Shown here: positions 12,872 to 24,791 of the stretch, piece by piece | How positions within the stretch are numbered: position 1 is the stretch's first letter | Layout of the letters: each line of letters starts with the position of its first letter | Assembly: GCA_021613535.1 (NCBI GenBank) | Contig: CP075497.1 | Span: forward strand, 10,168,001 to 10,232,000 | From: Adineta vaga | Taxonomy: Eukaryota > Animalia > Rotifera | Length of the DNA stretch: 64,000 nucleotides | Direction: 5' to 3' | The notes under the pieces: model-generated | What the model was told of the DNA's origin: nothing | Database searches by the model: none | What the model saw: the letters and a program-made list of their open reading frames with translations, nothing else | Translations under genes and position numbers: made by a program

Positions 12872-14669
12872 TCAAAAATAATGAAGATAAGGTGGAGCAG
12901 GTAAATTTGAATCAAGTGTACTGTAAATTGCAGCTTGTTTAAATAAACATGGAGTTTCTCTCCATAAGTAACGAAGTCCATTTATTGGTTTCGATGCACA
13001 TGAACTTGGTACAGCAAGTGAAATAGTTAATGGTGCACCTTCAATACGATTTGCAGGCGGTAGCAGTCCATGCTGTATCTGTTGAGTTACAAACTTCGGT
13101 ACCGGCGCAACAAACCTATATAATAAAATATACATTTCAAACTAGTTTTATCGGAGAGTAATATCGAATATACTTCAAAGCCATTTGGATTACGTAGTTC
13201 AACACTGGGTGATATTTCATGAGAATAGGTTACATTCACTTTACTACTATCAGAAGCAATAGAAATATTGAAAACAATAGGTCCTTGATAGGTTATATTT
13301 TTATAACCATAAGCGACGGCAAGACCCGATCGAGATAATCGATATCCCACATCGAGTTTATCTCGTGGATGAACACTAGTTTATTATCAGAATTCTAATC
13401 ATATCATATCACTCATTTAACAAGAGAAATCTTACCCTCCTTCATCATCGCGTAAATCTAATGCAACTGCCATGAAAACATTCGGTACAACGTTATTAGG
13501 TACATAACCAACATCGAATGTTTGATGCCAACGAATCCATGGAAATCCTCCAACGACTTTACCTGTTTTGTCACTTGTTGCCAACTGAACAAAACCAAAC
13601 GGAAAACTAGGATCATTGATTGATTTTGTTCGTGCATGCCATATTGCTCGCCAATATTCAATTAATTTCGAAAATGTACATGTATATTTATCTCGATTGG
13701 AACCAGTATTTTGTTCTCCTTGATACCAAATAGCACCCTTGATTACCATTCTAGTAAATGGATGAATCATCGCATTGTATAATACTGTATTATTCAATAT
13801 TACACTAATTTCTGGATCAATTCCGATTGTCTCCTCAGGTGTGATTGCTCTCGTTCTAAATGATATTTCTGCGTTTTCAGTTGGAAAAATTCTTCAAAAC
13901 AAACTTACTGTTTAATACCACAATCTTTGAGAACTTCTGGTGGTGACCAATATTCAATACAAGTACCACCCCAAGATGAATGAACTAGACCAATAGGTCG
14001 TCCATTAAGTTGTTCATGAATCATTCGACCATACAACCAACATACTGCTGATGTAAGACCACTGCCAACAGAAGTAGTTGCAGCTACTGACCATTTCAAT
14101 CCAATAGATAACAATTCTTCTTGTGGCGTTTCCGATTGTTTTTGTGCTGCAGTAAACAATCTAATTTTAGGATATTTACCCGAATTTTCTATTTCAACTG
14201 ATCCATTGAACATTCGAACAACAGGAAATTCCATGTTTGATTGACCTGAACAAATCCAAACATCACCAAAGAGTACATCATTTAATGTAATAGTTGCTAA
14301 TGTTCCATTTGCTAATGGTTGAGTAACTTGAATTTGAAAAGGACCTTCATCTGTTTGAGCATCGAGTGTGACTGACCAAATAGAATCACCAAATGAATCA
14401 GATGATATTGACGAACTTCTTGTACGATATTGTTTATTATTCATTGTCAGCAAAATAGGTACATTGAAGGTGTCACCATAACCCCAAACAATAGCTTGTT
14501 GTGGAGCACGTTGAAGCACCATATGATCTTGATAATAGTTAGCAAATCGAAGAGTACCATCAACTAAAAACAATATCTCTTATGTCATGTAAAGAATTCA
14601 ATCATTTGTACCAGTAATGATACATTGAATTAGCAAGAAAAAACGGAGAGGTATAGATATACCAACCAT
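12872..14669 (-). CDS. SIAE: Sialate O-acetylesterase (SGNH hydrolase), secreted
   Basis: Signal-peptide exon MVGISIPLRFFLLIQC; motifs DHMVLQR, LFGDVWICSGQSNM, SWGGT, GAIWYQGE, IRWHQT...FMAVALD and VHPRDK; about 5 exons. Confidence 0.93.
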
Positions 14670-16054
14670 TGTCAGGTACGATACGTCGGCGAGAAATAAG
14701 TTCTATAAAACTGATGTGGAGAGTTTAAAATACTTAAGTATGTAAAGATAAGATAAATGAAAAACGTTAAAGGAACGTCTAAATATAACTTTATGTTTAC
14801 TGATAAGTCTATTTTTTTTGAAAGAATACATTCTATTCATTCTATAGAAAGTGTCACACATATTGCTCTGATGAGAATTCGATTTCGTTTAATATGTACC
14901 TCTATATAGCGCTTTTTTAGAATACGCTTTACAACGTTTTTGTCTTCTTTGGAGAAATTTTGAATACGAATTACGATTACGAGTATATGAAAGACAGACA
15001 AGAGGCAGATGCTCTTATAATTCAAATTTACATGATTTTTTAAAAATATTTCAATACTTAAAACATATTTATATTTTCGATAAATTATATCTTAGTTTTT
15101 TTAGTCCCATTCGCATACATTTGTATTGAATTTCGTTGTTGAATGAACTGAGCGTCGCACGTACATATCGTTATCCGATCGAACTGTTGGATGATTTACC
15201 ATTGGTTTCCGTTTATTATGCGTATTTTACATCGTGATCAATGTCAGTAACTGAAACTGTTATCTTTTTGTTTTCTTATTACTATCTTTGAAGCTGTATT
15301 TTTCTTGTTGTTTTTTATTTATTTATGTATAACTTCAAAATCAAATCATCAGTTTTTGTAATACCAATTTCTTAGAATTATGTTTCATATTTTTGTCTTC
15401 GTTCGTTTTTTTATTTTGTTGTTTTCTATGTCATCCGTGTATTCATTGTAATTATTCTGAATTTTGAATATTTAAACTATTTTTATGGCTCATGTTCCAA
15501 ATAAGTCTAATTAAATAAACCTGAATGTATAACTTCGTCGTATATAAACCAACAAAAAAAGGGTGATTTCTGTTAGTAAAACAAGTTTGGAATGGAGCAA
15601 CAAAAGCGTTCTCAACGGTATAAAAAATGGCTCCGAAGCGAACACGTTTAGATCTACTTAATCCTAACGTATTCGCAGAACACATTTCAAACGCGTTTTT
15701 CAGTTGTTCGTCTCAACCTGGATTCAAATAATAAGAAAAAGAAACAAATTACAGATGATGTAATCGATCATCAAGAATGTATGAATGATTGAATTTCTAT
15801 TCTTTTTTCAACAAATTTTTTAGTTAAGATCAATCATCAATGTTACAACTACATTAAATATACTTCTTTGACATGTTTGATCATTAATTCCATTTGTTAT
15901 TATTTTATCAAAATACACGTCAAGCATTTATTAAAGTAAATTAGAAAGTATTCTTTTATGATAGAATTGATTTGATTTTTATAGGAATTAATTCATATTT
16001 AATCAACAACAACAGATGAATGTAGTCGTATCATTTCATTTATTTGTCTATTAA

Positions 16055-16385
16055 CCCTAGTGCTACCAACCAGGGTCATTTTGAACCCAGTTAGTAGTAA
16101 ATATAACTCACGGATGGAATTTTTTTATTAGTAGTTTTTTTTCGAAAAGCTTGGAATCAGATGGCCAATATCACTATGAGTGTGGGTCAGTGTAGGATAT
16201 GTAGAGACCATTCAAAGCACGAGTACAAAGTGGCTATACTAGGCGGCCGCCTTAAGAATAGAACAATAGCAAGTTTTAAATTATAGGTGTGATTTTTAGA
16301 TGAAACAGATGACCATATCAGGATATATTAATGTAGCCCATTAATGTCGACAAAAACTGCAAAAAGAGGTTCCGTAGTACTAGGG
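16055..16385. mobile_element. Non-autonomous piggyBac-type MITE (331 bp)
   Basis: TTAA at 16051-16054 and 16386-16389. Termini CCCTAGTGCTACCAACC and GGTTCCGTAGTACTAGGG form an imperfect TIR starting CCC. Subterminal quasi-palindrome GGGTCATTTTGAACCC; no transposase ORF. Confidence 0.82.
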
Positions 16386-17587
16386 TTAAAATAAACTAAA
16401 TGACGAATGAATGATCGAACATATAAAGTATTTCCTATTAAAAATAAATAACTTTCTTATAGAAATATTGCATTTTATTCTGATTTAGGATGGATTAATT
16501 CTATGACTTATTATGTTTTACCTTATTCATTATGCTTTTCATATTATATCTTCAGAACTTGTATATGTTTTAATACTTAAAATATTAAAAGTTCATTAAA
16601 ATATGTAAAGTATAAAATTTTGTTAAAAGTTATTCATGATTTCTTGAAAAAAGTTCAAGAAAATGTGAATTTAATTGAAGAATAAAGATAAAAACAAAAC
16701 AAATGGTAAAAGAAGAAATTTTATGTTTAATAAATTATTTTTTAATTAAACAAAAAATAGAAAAATTGTTTTGAACAAAATCAATATCAGGCTCACTTAT
16801 TGTTCATTTTGAACGAATAAATCAATGTGACAAGATGAAGTATTAAAAGAAATATTCTTCAAAACAAAAAAAAAGGTTTTTATTTCAACTAAAATCATAG
16901 ATAAATGTTTGTATATTATATTTATAGATTTCTATGTCTGATGAACGATCATCTTTACCAGATTTAATTCGATCTGAATATCAAGTGATTATTAAATAAT
17001 ATTTTAATTGAATGACAGAAAAAGAAGAAGAATTCTTTTTGAAATTAAAACAAAAAGACAAAGATGAAGATACATAAACAACTTGATTTGTCATGGATTG
17101 AAAAAAGAAACCTTTATTTTTTTTCTGTTTATAAGATCTCTTTTATTTTGTTGATATCAGTAATGATAGAAGAAAATGAAGAAAAATACATGAAGAATGA
17201 TAAAGTATGAAAGAATTGTTTTTTTTTGTCTTTTTTGAATCTATATATTTATTCAATGATGGTCTATACATACTCGTCGTGCTTTTTAGTGAATAAACCC
17301 ATCCGCTTAAACATCCACAACCATAACCCCAAAGATACCGACGATAAGCCCAACAACAAGCTTGAAATCACGATTGTAATATATTTTCGTACATTTAAAT
17401 ATGTATCTTAGACATATACCCAGGACAATCATTCCGGTAGTCGGAAACGGCGCCTTAAACGACCGAAAGCGGTTAGAAAACGGCAATTTACTGCCTTAAT
17501 TTTGACCGTACTTCACCATAATCCGTTACTCCGGGTTACGATCGCCGTTTCCGGCCGTTTCTTGCTACGAAACGACCATCTTTTTAT

Positions 17588-17928
17588 ATCAGTGTGAGGC
17601 TAGCACCACGAAACTAAGAGTTTTGTGAAAACGAATTCCCGTCCATGAAAAAGAGTCTTTTCGACGCAGAATTTGATTCTGCATCGAATGGCACTACTTT
17701 CATTCACAGGAAAACGATGAGGACGAAGCTTACCTCGATTTTTATTTTCCTCTCATACTTACATATATAAAAGAAAAATTCGAATAAAATTTGTCCACTC
17801 GTTTTCCCGTGAATGAAAGTAGTGCCATTCGATGCAGAATCAAATTCTGCGTCGAAAAGACTCTTTTTCATGGACGGGAATTCGTTTTCACAAAACTCTT
17901 AGTTTCGTGGTGCTAGCTTCACACTGAT
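17588..17928. mobile_element. Foldback/MITE element with 130-bp terminal inverted repeats
   Basis: 17588-17717 is the reverse complement of 17799-17928 with 2 mismatches. The ends are AT-CAGTGTG...CACACTG-AT and the spacer is ~80 bp and AT-rich. Confidence 0.9.
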
Positions 17929-18150
17929 GGAAAGTATAGTCGTATTGTTGTTCGTGTTCTATGGATAATTTCCGTGTTTGTTTTCGTAATTATTGCCTGC
18001 AAAATTCATTATGACAGCTGTTTTCATCATAAAGCGTGCCTATTTTCATTTTTGACTGGTATGCCTTTCGTTTTTATCCTGTTCTATAATGCGATGGAAT
18101 GTAGGGAGCGTCGTTGTTGTTCCTTTAAGAATAAGAACATTGATAATGAA

Positions 18151-18210
18151 TCAATCGAGGAAGTCGACGACGATTCAATCGAAGAAGTCGATGACGATTC
18201 AATTGAGGGG
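18151..18210. repeat. 24-bp tandem repeat, 2.5 copies
   Basis: TCAATCGAGGAAGTCGACGACGAT / TCAATCGAAGAAGTCGATGACGAT / TCAATTGAGGGG. Confidence 0.85.
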
Positions 18211-19720
18211 ATTGATAATCAACCCATATTGTGGAAAAATCTACTTTGATATCATGAAACGCAAATTCTTCATCAAATTTGTCACATGGATTTCCTTTTG
18301 TCATACTATTTTCATTTGTACAATGTATGTAATCTTAAATTTGTTATTGAATTGTATATTTACCGTTGTTTTTCTATCTATAGCATCTATATAAAAAATT
18401 CAGAATCAATTGAACAACAAAGCTTTTCAAATGATTTCTCATATGATTATTAGTTTTGTCCTGAATCCTTGTACAGAATCTGTTGAGTATTTATTTGTCA
18501 GTGATGTACAAAATAGAAAGAATAACTATTTTTATTTTTGATAATTATGAGATTTAATTATATACAATTATGATAAAAAGATTTAGTCAATTATTTCTTA
18601 AATTAAAAGCATATAACAAGTTCACAGCCATCCACACCCTTATTTATTCTTCTTCTCAGAAAATATCATATACATATATATATTTCTTTCTTTGAAAATG
18701 AATACTTTACATACTCGAGGTACTGGTGAATGTAGATCATCGTTATATGATGCTGAACTAAAATCTTCGTTAGCGGTTTGTATAGATAACGACGACAGTA
18801 ATAATAACTGAAATAAAAAAGTATTTTATCTATTTTTCTGTGAATCAATATAACCATGCGATACGAATTACGTTTTGGTTTACATCTGGTGCGACAGATA
18901 ATGGATTTAATCTTTGTATATATTTCAGTGTTTTTAACATTTTGATTGGATTTATTATATTTTGCGAGGTGATTGCTTTCTTGTGCATCGTTACTTGTGT
19001 TATTGATGATGAAGATTGCTAGTAATTTGTTCGATCGACGAGTGGTATTCTACTTGACGATAGTTTACCTCCGAATACTTGTGTATAATGACTATGATAT
19101 TTTTTATAACATTTTCTGTGTACTTGTTTGTACAAAATTGATTTTGGTAAAGAAATTCCATGTAGATTGGTATAGGCTTCGTTTATTTTTTCTTCAACTC
19201 GAATACTTCCCACCGACATAAAGTCACTTTTTTTTATCTTCGTGATCTTGAACATAATTCACATGTGAAAGACATTATTTTACTTGATTTTTGAAAAGTC
19301 ACACGAAGTAAATCGCACAAAACAGCATAATCAATTGTTTTAAAAAAGATACTAAGATATGAATATAAACATATCGAATCGAAACAACAGCGTAATAATT
19401 AAACGTTGGCGCACTCGAAATAAGCACATACGTGGTTCATGGTGAGCCACCAGTACGACGAATATTACAGATGGCTGCACAAGCTAAATGTTTTCGAGGG
19501 CAAAATCATGTTTATACAAATAATCTCGCAATAAAAAACATATCATTCAATTCTGTATTAAAATCAGAAATTTTCAACACTTGAATGTCTCGAAGAGACT
19601 TAGTCTAGGTATAGTGCATTACCGGAACTAAAATCTATCAATAAAGGTATGAGTCATAGGGGCTCTGACAGTATACCATTTGAGAAAACAAATCAATCAA
19701 TATCTCTCTCATTCTTTTCG

Positions 19721-21647
19721 ATGATGTCTGATAACGAATTAGATGAACTTCTTTCACAATTAAAAGGTGCATGTAAAAAGTAGATAACAAAAAACAAGAT
19801 TTTCTTTTTCATTTCTAAATAAATTATTTTTCGTTCCAAAGATCACGTCATACTTCATCAAATGAAACAAATCTTAATACGATTCTTAAAAAGATCGATG
19901 TATTCATTAATCGACGTCAAATGAAATTACTCAATCATCAAAAACGTCTCGATGATTTACAACGTGATTTATTATTATCAGAATGTGAAAGTTCACGTAA
20001 TCGTGTCGCACTTGAAAAGAAAGATTTCGAAGTATAAAGATCATTGATACTATCATCATAATTTTCCTTTTCATATCTTAAGGTCAATCAGTTACATCTA
20101 ATGTTGGATAAAGCTGAACGAACAACTCAAGATATCATAACAAAATATGATAATGAAATGCAAAAGTTATCGATCGAAGTATATCTTTATTGTAACAAAG
20201 AAAAAAACTCGATTATGATCTATTTCATTTGAATAGCTTTGTAGTGTTCAACAGGATTATGATCGATTTAAAACTGTACATAAAAGTAATCAAGAGGATA
20301 GATCCATGAATGAAGTATTAATGGAAATCAAACATCTTCGAGAATTTAATAAAGTGATTTTTTGATGAATCGATAAGATTTGAATTTATTATTTTTGATT
20401 AGATGCTTGAAATTGATAATCAACGTTTATACACTGAAAATGATCAATTAAAACAAACCAAACCTTCAGTTGAACATGAAAAATTACTCAATTCATTGCA
20501 ACGCAGTAACGTAATCATTTCGAAATTTATTCATTTTTCTCTTATCTAACGATTATTTTCTAGTCTCAACCATCTACAAATCAATTATTATTTGAATCAA
20601 AAATCAAATCACTTGAAAAAGATATTGAAGATTATAAACAACGTTCAAATCAACAAGTAAATTAATCCATTTGATATTCGATGAACGTTTTTTCTTTATG
20701 ATTTAGTCAGATGAAATTGTAAAATTTCGTGTAGCATTGAATAATAGTGAACAACAATGTAATTCACTTCGATTAGAATTACAACGTGTTGAAAAAGAAA
20801 AAGAAATTCTCAAAATTCATTTAATAGAACAGAAATTTATGGAAAGTCCAACGATTGATTTCAAGTATAATCTTTTGGTCTTTTTTTCAAATGAAAATAT
20901 TCTTTCTCATAGAGAAATTGATTATGAAAACTTCATTCGTCATGAATTAGAAACGAATATTGATCAAGCCAATAAATTAATTAAGTAAATTTCTTTTTCC
21001 AATGTGTAATAAATGATGATTCATTGACTATTCTATTAGTTATTGGAATTCATATAAACAAACGTTAGAAGATAAAATTCGACAATTAACAAATGAAATT
21101 CATCAATTAAAAAAACATGTAAACAATCATTTGTTTGGATTTCTTATTATTATCTCTTTTTCTTAGAATGTCAATGATCTATCCATACAAATAAGTCAAT
21201 GTAATGAAAATGTTCTTCATGCTAAACGAGAAATGAATACATTACATATGGAAGTAACTGACAAAAATACGATTATTTATAATTTATATCGAAAAATTGA
21301 ATGTCTTGAACAAGCATTAATGATTTCAAAACAACGAATGAATGCACAATTAAATGAAATTGAAGTAAATTTAATAGAGAAGATATTCTTACGAATGATT
21401 CTTTTTTTTTTCTTCAGGAACTTCGATCCAGATATCCCATAACTGTATCGACAACAAGCAAAGAAAAGGTAGATATTCATTGAATATTTTCTTTTGAAAG
21501 AATTTTAATTTTCACTATTAGAAACAAACTTCAATGCTGTTCGATGGAATTTCAACAGATGATGAATGTCAAATACGTCAATCGATTCATCTGAATAAGA
21601 ATTTATATACAAGTTCACCGATAATATCTGCTAATAAACATAAGTAA
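19721..21647 (+). CDS. CEP63/DEUP1-family centriolar coiled-coil protein (multi-exon; 3' end approximate)
   Basis: The spliced N-terminus TSSNETNLNTILKKIDVFI...KDFEVNQLHLMLDKAERTTQDIITKYDNEMQKLSIELCSVQQDYDRF aligns by eye with the recalled CEP63 segment TSCEAELQELMKQIDIMV...[45 protein letters not shown]. There are more than 12 short exons. Confidence 0.62.
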
Positions 21648-23438
21648 ATATCATTTCGTTCTTAATCAATGCCCTAACCAAGTACATTGTATTCTGGACT
21701 GATATTGTTGACAGAAATGTCAAAATGTAGGTGGTTTCGTCACAGTTAATCTCAAAATGCTAATCATCAAGGCAAGAAAGCCAAAGAAAATAGTTTCCAA
21801 TTTAAATGGATCGATGAAATATTTATTATGAATTTTCTTTTAGACATTTTCATCATTTTGATAGTGATTCATCATCAAAATTATAGACAAAGTTCATCTA
21901 ATCAATAGGACATTTTCTTTTCTTTTTTTTTTCATTGATTAATTCAATCAATAACTTTTTTTTCATCATAACAAATAAATATCAAACATTTTTCTCTAAC
22001 CTAAATACATATCGAGTAAATATAGAAAGTCAACAAATGTTCTCTACGATTGATTTAAGTATGTATCTGCTGCTCTATTTCTTTGCTGCTAATGATATCC
22101 AGTTCGTTCGCTTTGGATAGATGTTTTCTGTCCATTTTTCTCAATCAACACCTACGCATTTGGAGAAATGATATATGACCTTGGTTAAAAAAGAACATTT
22201 AAGAATAGAACAGATCAGATGGTAATTAGATGAACAACAATTGACACATGACTTAAATAGTAACAATACATATATAGCTTCTTTTGGGAAAACGTCTTGT
22301 CTTTCTTTTATTGATATCTTCGAGAAAGAAAGAAAAAAACATTGCTAATTGCCAGTAGCGTTTGCTTGATATGGGTCTTGTCGTTTTATGAGACGTGATT
22401 GATTATCAGAATATCATTGGTGAGAAAGAAAAAGAAAAACGAAGAAAATATACGAGATTAACTCTGGTAGATGAGATACATCTTTCCAATGGTTAGACAA
22501 TAACAGAAAGGAAATAATATAGGTTGTAAATGGGCGTTTCTGCAATTGACTTAGTAGAGCTAAATTTGGGCGGAACATTTAGGTTAGAGTTTCATCTTCT
22601 CATCGCTTTTCTTTCTACAGACTGTCTATGCCCACGCATATATATATATATATATATATATTCCCATAGTAGATATAAAAAAGACCGATTCGTCTCAAGA
22701 GCTATCCCTATATACTATTTTTTCTTCTTTTTCTTCCATCCATACAACGATGGAAGATATTGTGCACAGTAATAGTGACGATATGGTTCCTTCTATTCTA
22801 GCATTTCTTTCTCCTTCGATTAGAGATACACATCTTCCATATTCACTGCTACAGATATTTACACAATATCTTTTTCGCCGGCGTCATCTCAATGATAATG
22901 CTGGCAACAATCATTTCCAGAGAAAAAAAGATGTTTTAGACGATCTCGATTGTTTTTTTTGTAGATACAGAATAGCTGCACATCGACTGATACGTGTACA
23001 GATAGCTAGCAAGAAAAACAGAGATCGAGAAAATAACTGTATTGTTTTTATATCCTTTTTTTTTCTTCTCATAGAAGGAAATGTTTCATGAGATAGCTAG
23101 TCGACTCTCTTGTTTTTTCTATGGAAGTAAATACGATGAGAGAATACAGTTGATCAAGTCAAAATTATTGTGAGTAAAGAACCTATACTTATATCAATAT
23201 TACTCGTCGATAGATTGATCAAATGAAAATATATCGTTTTCAACTCTTCGCAAGTATTCAAATGACCAATAAACAAACAAAATATTTATACTTTGGGCAA
23301 GAAAATCTCTCTCATCAGCGGTATATCTCTCGATTTAAATGAGAAAATTTATCCTTTAGCACTTTAACATTTTTCCCTTTCACATCACGTTTTACGATTC
23401 AAATGCATGTACCTGAGTGATTTCACTTCTCCTTCCAG

Positions 23439-24000
23439 ATGCCATTCACTATAACAATCATTCGTTGCGCGAAATGTAATCAGCCTGTTTATCATGCTGA
23501 AGAAGTACAAGCAGCGGGTAAAAAATGGCACAAAACATGTTTTAAATGTGGTAAGGTGTCACTCCTTTGCTATGTTTTTTCTATCCTTTCCCATATTTAT
23601 TGATTGATCAGAAGAAATTCATTTTCATTTTTCATTTCTATCAATATAGAATTGTGCAAAAAAATGTTAGAATCAACAACACTTGCTGCACATGATGGTA
23701 ACTTATTTTGTAAACAATGTTATGCTCGTAAATTTGTAAGTTATTTATTTCTTGCTTGGTAATAGTTATTAATTTCATGTACATATCTATATAGGGACCA
23801 AAAGGTGTAGGTTTTGGTGGTGGTGCAGGTACGCTTGGTATGGACACGGGTGAACATCTCGGAAATACTTCTGGTTCAGAGATGACGTAAGCAAAATTTT
23901 TGATGACCGAGATTTGGTTTTTCTATTGATAAGTTTGTTATTTTTTTAATTTAGAAATAAACCACATTATGCTCCACCACCTGGTCTTGATCCTCAATAA
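23439..24000 (+). CDS. Muscle LIM protein (Mlp60A/CSRP-like, one LIM plus Gly-rich motif), copy A
   Basis: 4 coding exons give MPFTITIIRCAKCNQPVYHAEEVQAAGKKWHKTCFKCELCKKMLESTTLAAHDGNLFCKQCYARKFGPKGVGFGGGAGTLGMDTG...PGLDPQ*. Confidence 0.92.
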
Positions 24001-24200
24001 TAGATCGGAATACTAAAGACTATATATTTCATAGACTCTTTCAATAATCTGTGCTTTTTTTTATAAAAAATATTTTTATTTACTATTTTCTTTGATTCTC
24101 AAGATGGGTGTGAAAACAATTCTAATCATTCTATATTCTCTTTATTATTTTAGATTTTTCTTCTTACATTCAATTCTAATTCGTCTTATATAATACAATC

Positions 24201-24791
24201 ATGCCATTTACACCAGCTGAAGTGTTCAAATGTAAGAAATACAGATTTGATTTGATTTTTTTTGTTATTTCAATCGAATTTTTCTAATCAAATAGGCCCA
24301 AAATGCAATCAAAATGTTTATGCTGCTGAAGAAGTTGCAGCAGCTGGAAAGAAATGGCACAAAATGTGCTTCAAATGCGGTATGTTAAATAGGAATTTGA
24401 ATAATCAGATGTTGAACATCGTCATTTTTTTAATAAAAAGGTCTTTGCAAGAAAATGTTAGAAGCTATGACCATGGCTGTCCATGAAGGTAACATCTTCT
24501 GTAAACAATGTTACGGACGTAAATTTGGGTAAATAAATTAAATAGTAATTGAAATAATCTATCAATATGTTTTGTATTTAGACCAAAAGGTTATGGTTTC
24601 GGACAAGGTGCAGGTACATTAGGTATGGATACTGGCGAACATTTAGGAAACAAAAGTGGATCTGAGATGACGTAAGAGATTTTTCTTTGTCTTTCAATTT
24701 TTCTTAACAATTGTTTTTGTTTTCTTCTCTTAATAATAGCAACAAACCAAACTATGCTCCACCACCAGGTGCTGCTCATCATGATGAATAA
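24201..24791 (+). CDS. Muscle LIM protein (Mlp60A/CSRP-like), copy B
   Basis: 5 coding exons give MPFTPAEVFKCPKCNQNVYAAEEVAAAGKKWHKMCFKCGLCKKMLEAMTMAVHEGNIFCKQCYGRKFGPKGYGFGQGAGTLGMDTG...PGAAHHDE*. Confidence 0.93.

Larger units (their letters stand above)
17274..19255 (-). pseudogene. Possible decayed or insertion-disrupted gene for a Ser-rich single-pass membrane protein
   Basis: Clean AG/GT-bounded TM exon at 17406-17274 (KYITIVISSLLLGLSSVSLGLWLWMFKR), another AG/GT-bounded segment at 18808-18714, and a stop-interrupted frame from 19255. The pieces do not assemble into one ORF. Confidence 0.3.

Noticed and set aside
12872-14669. SIAE as a horizontally acquired bacterial gene
   Set aside because: The sequence follows the recalled animal SIAE pattern (IRWHQT..GYVPN...FMAVA.D), so there is no sign of foreign origin.
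22100-23400. Muscle CArG or MEF2 boxes and short ORFs upstream of the LIM genes
   Set aside because: Only imperfect matches were found in AT-rich DNA, and the ORFs run through TA and T tracts with no coding character.
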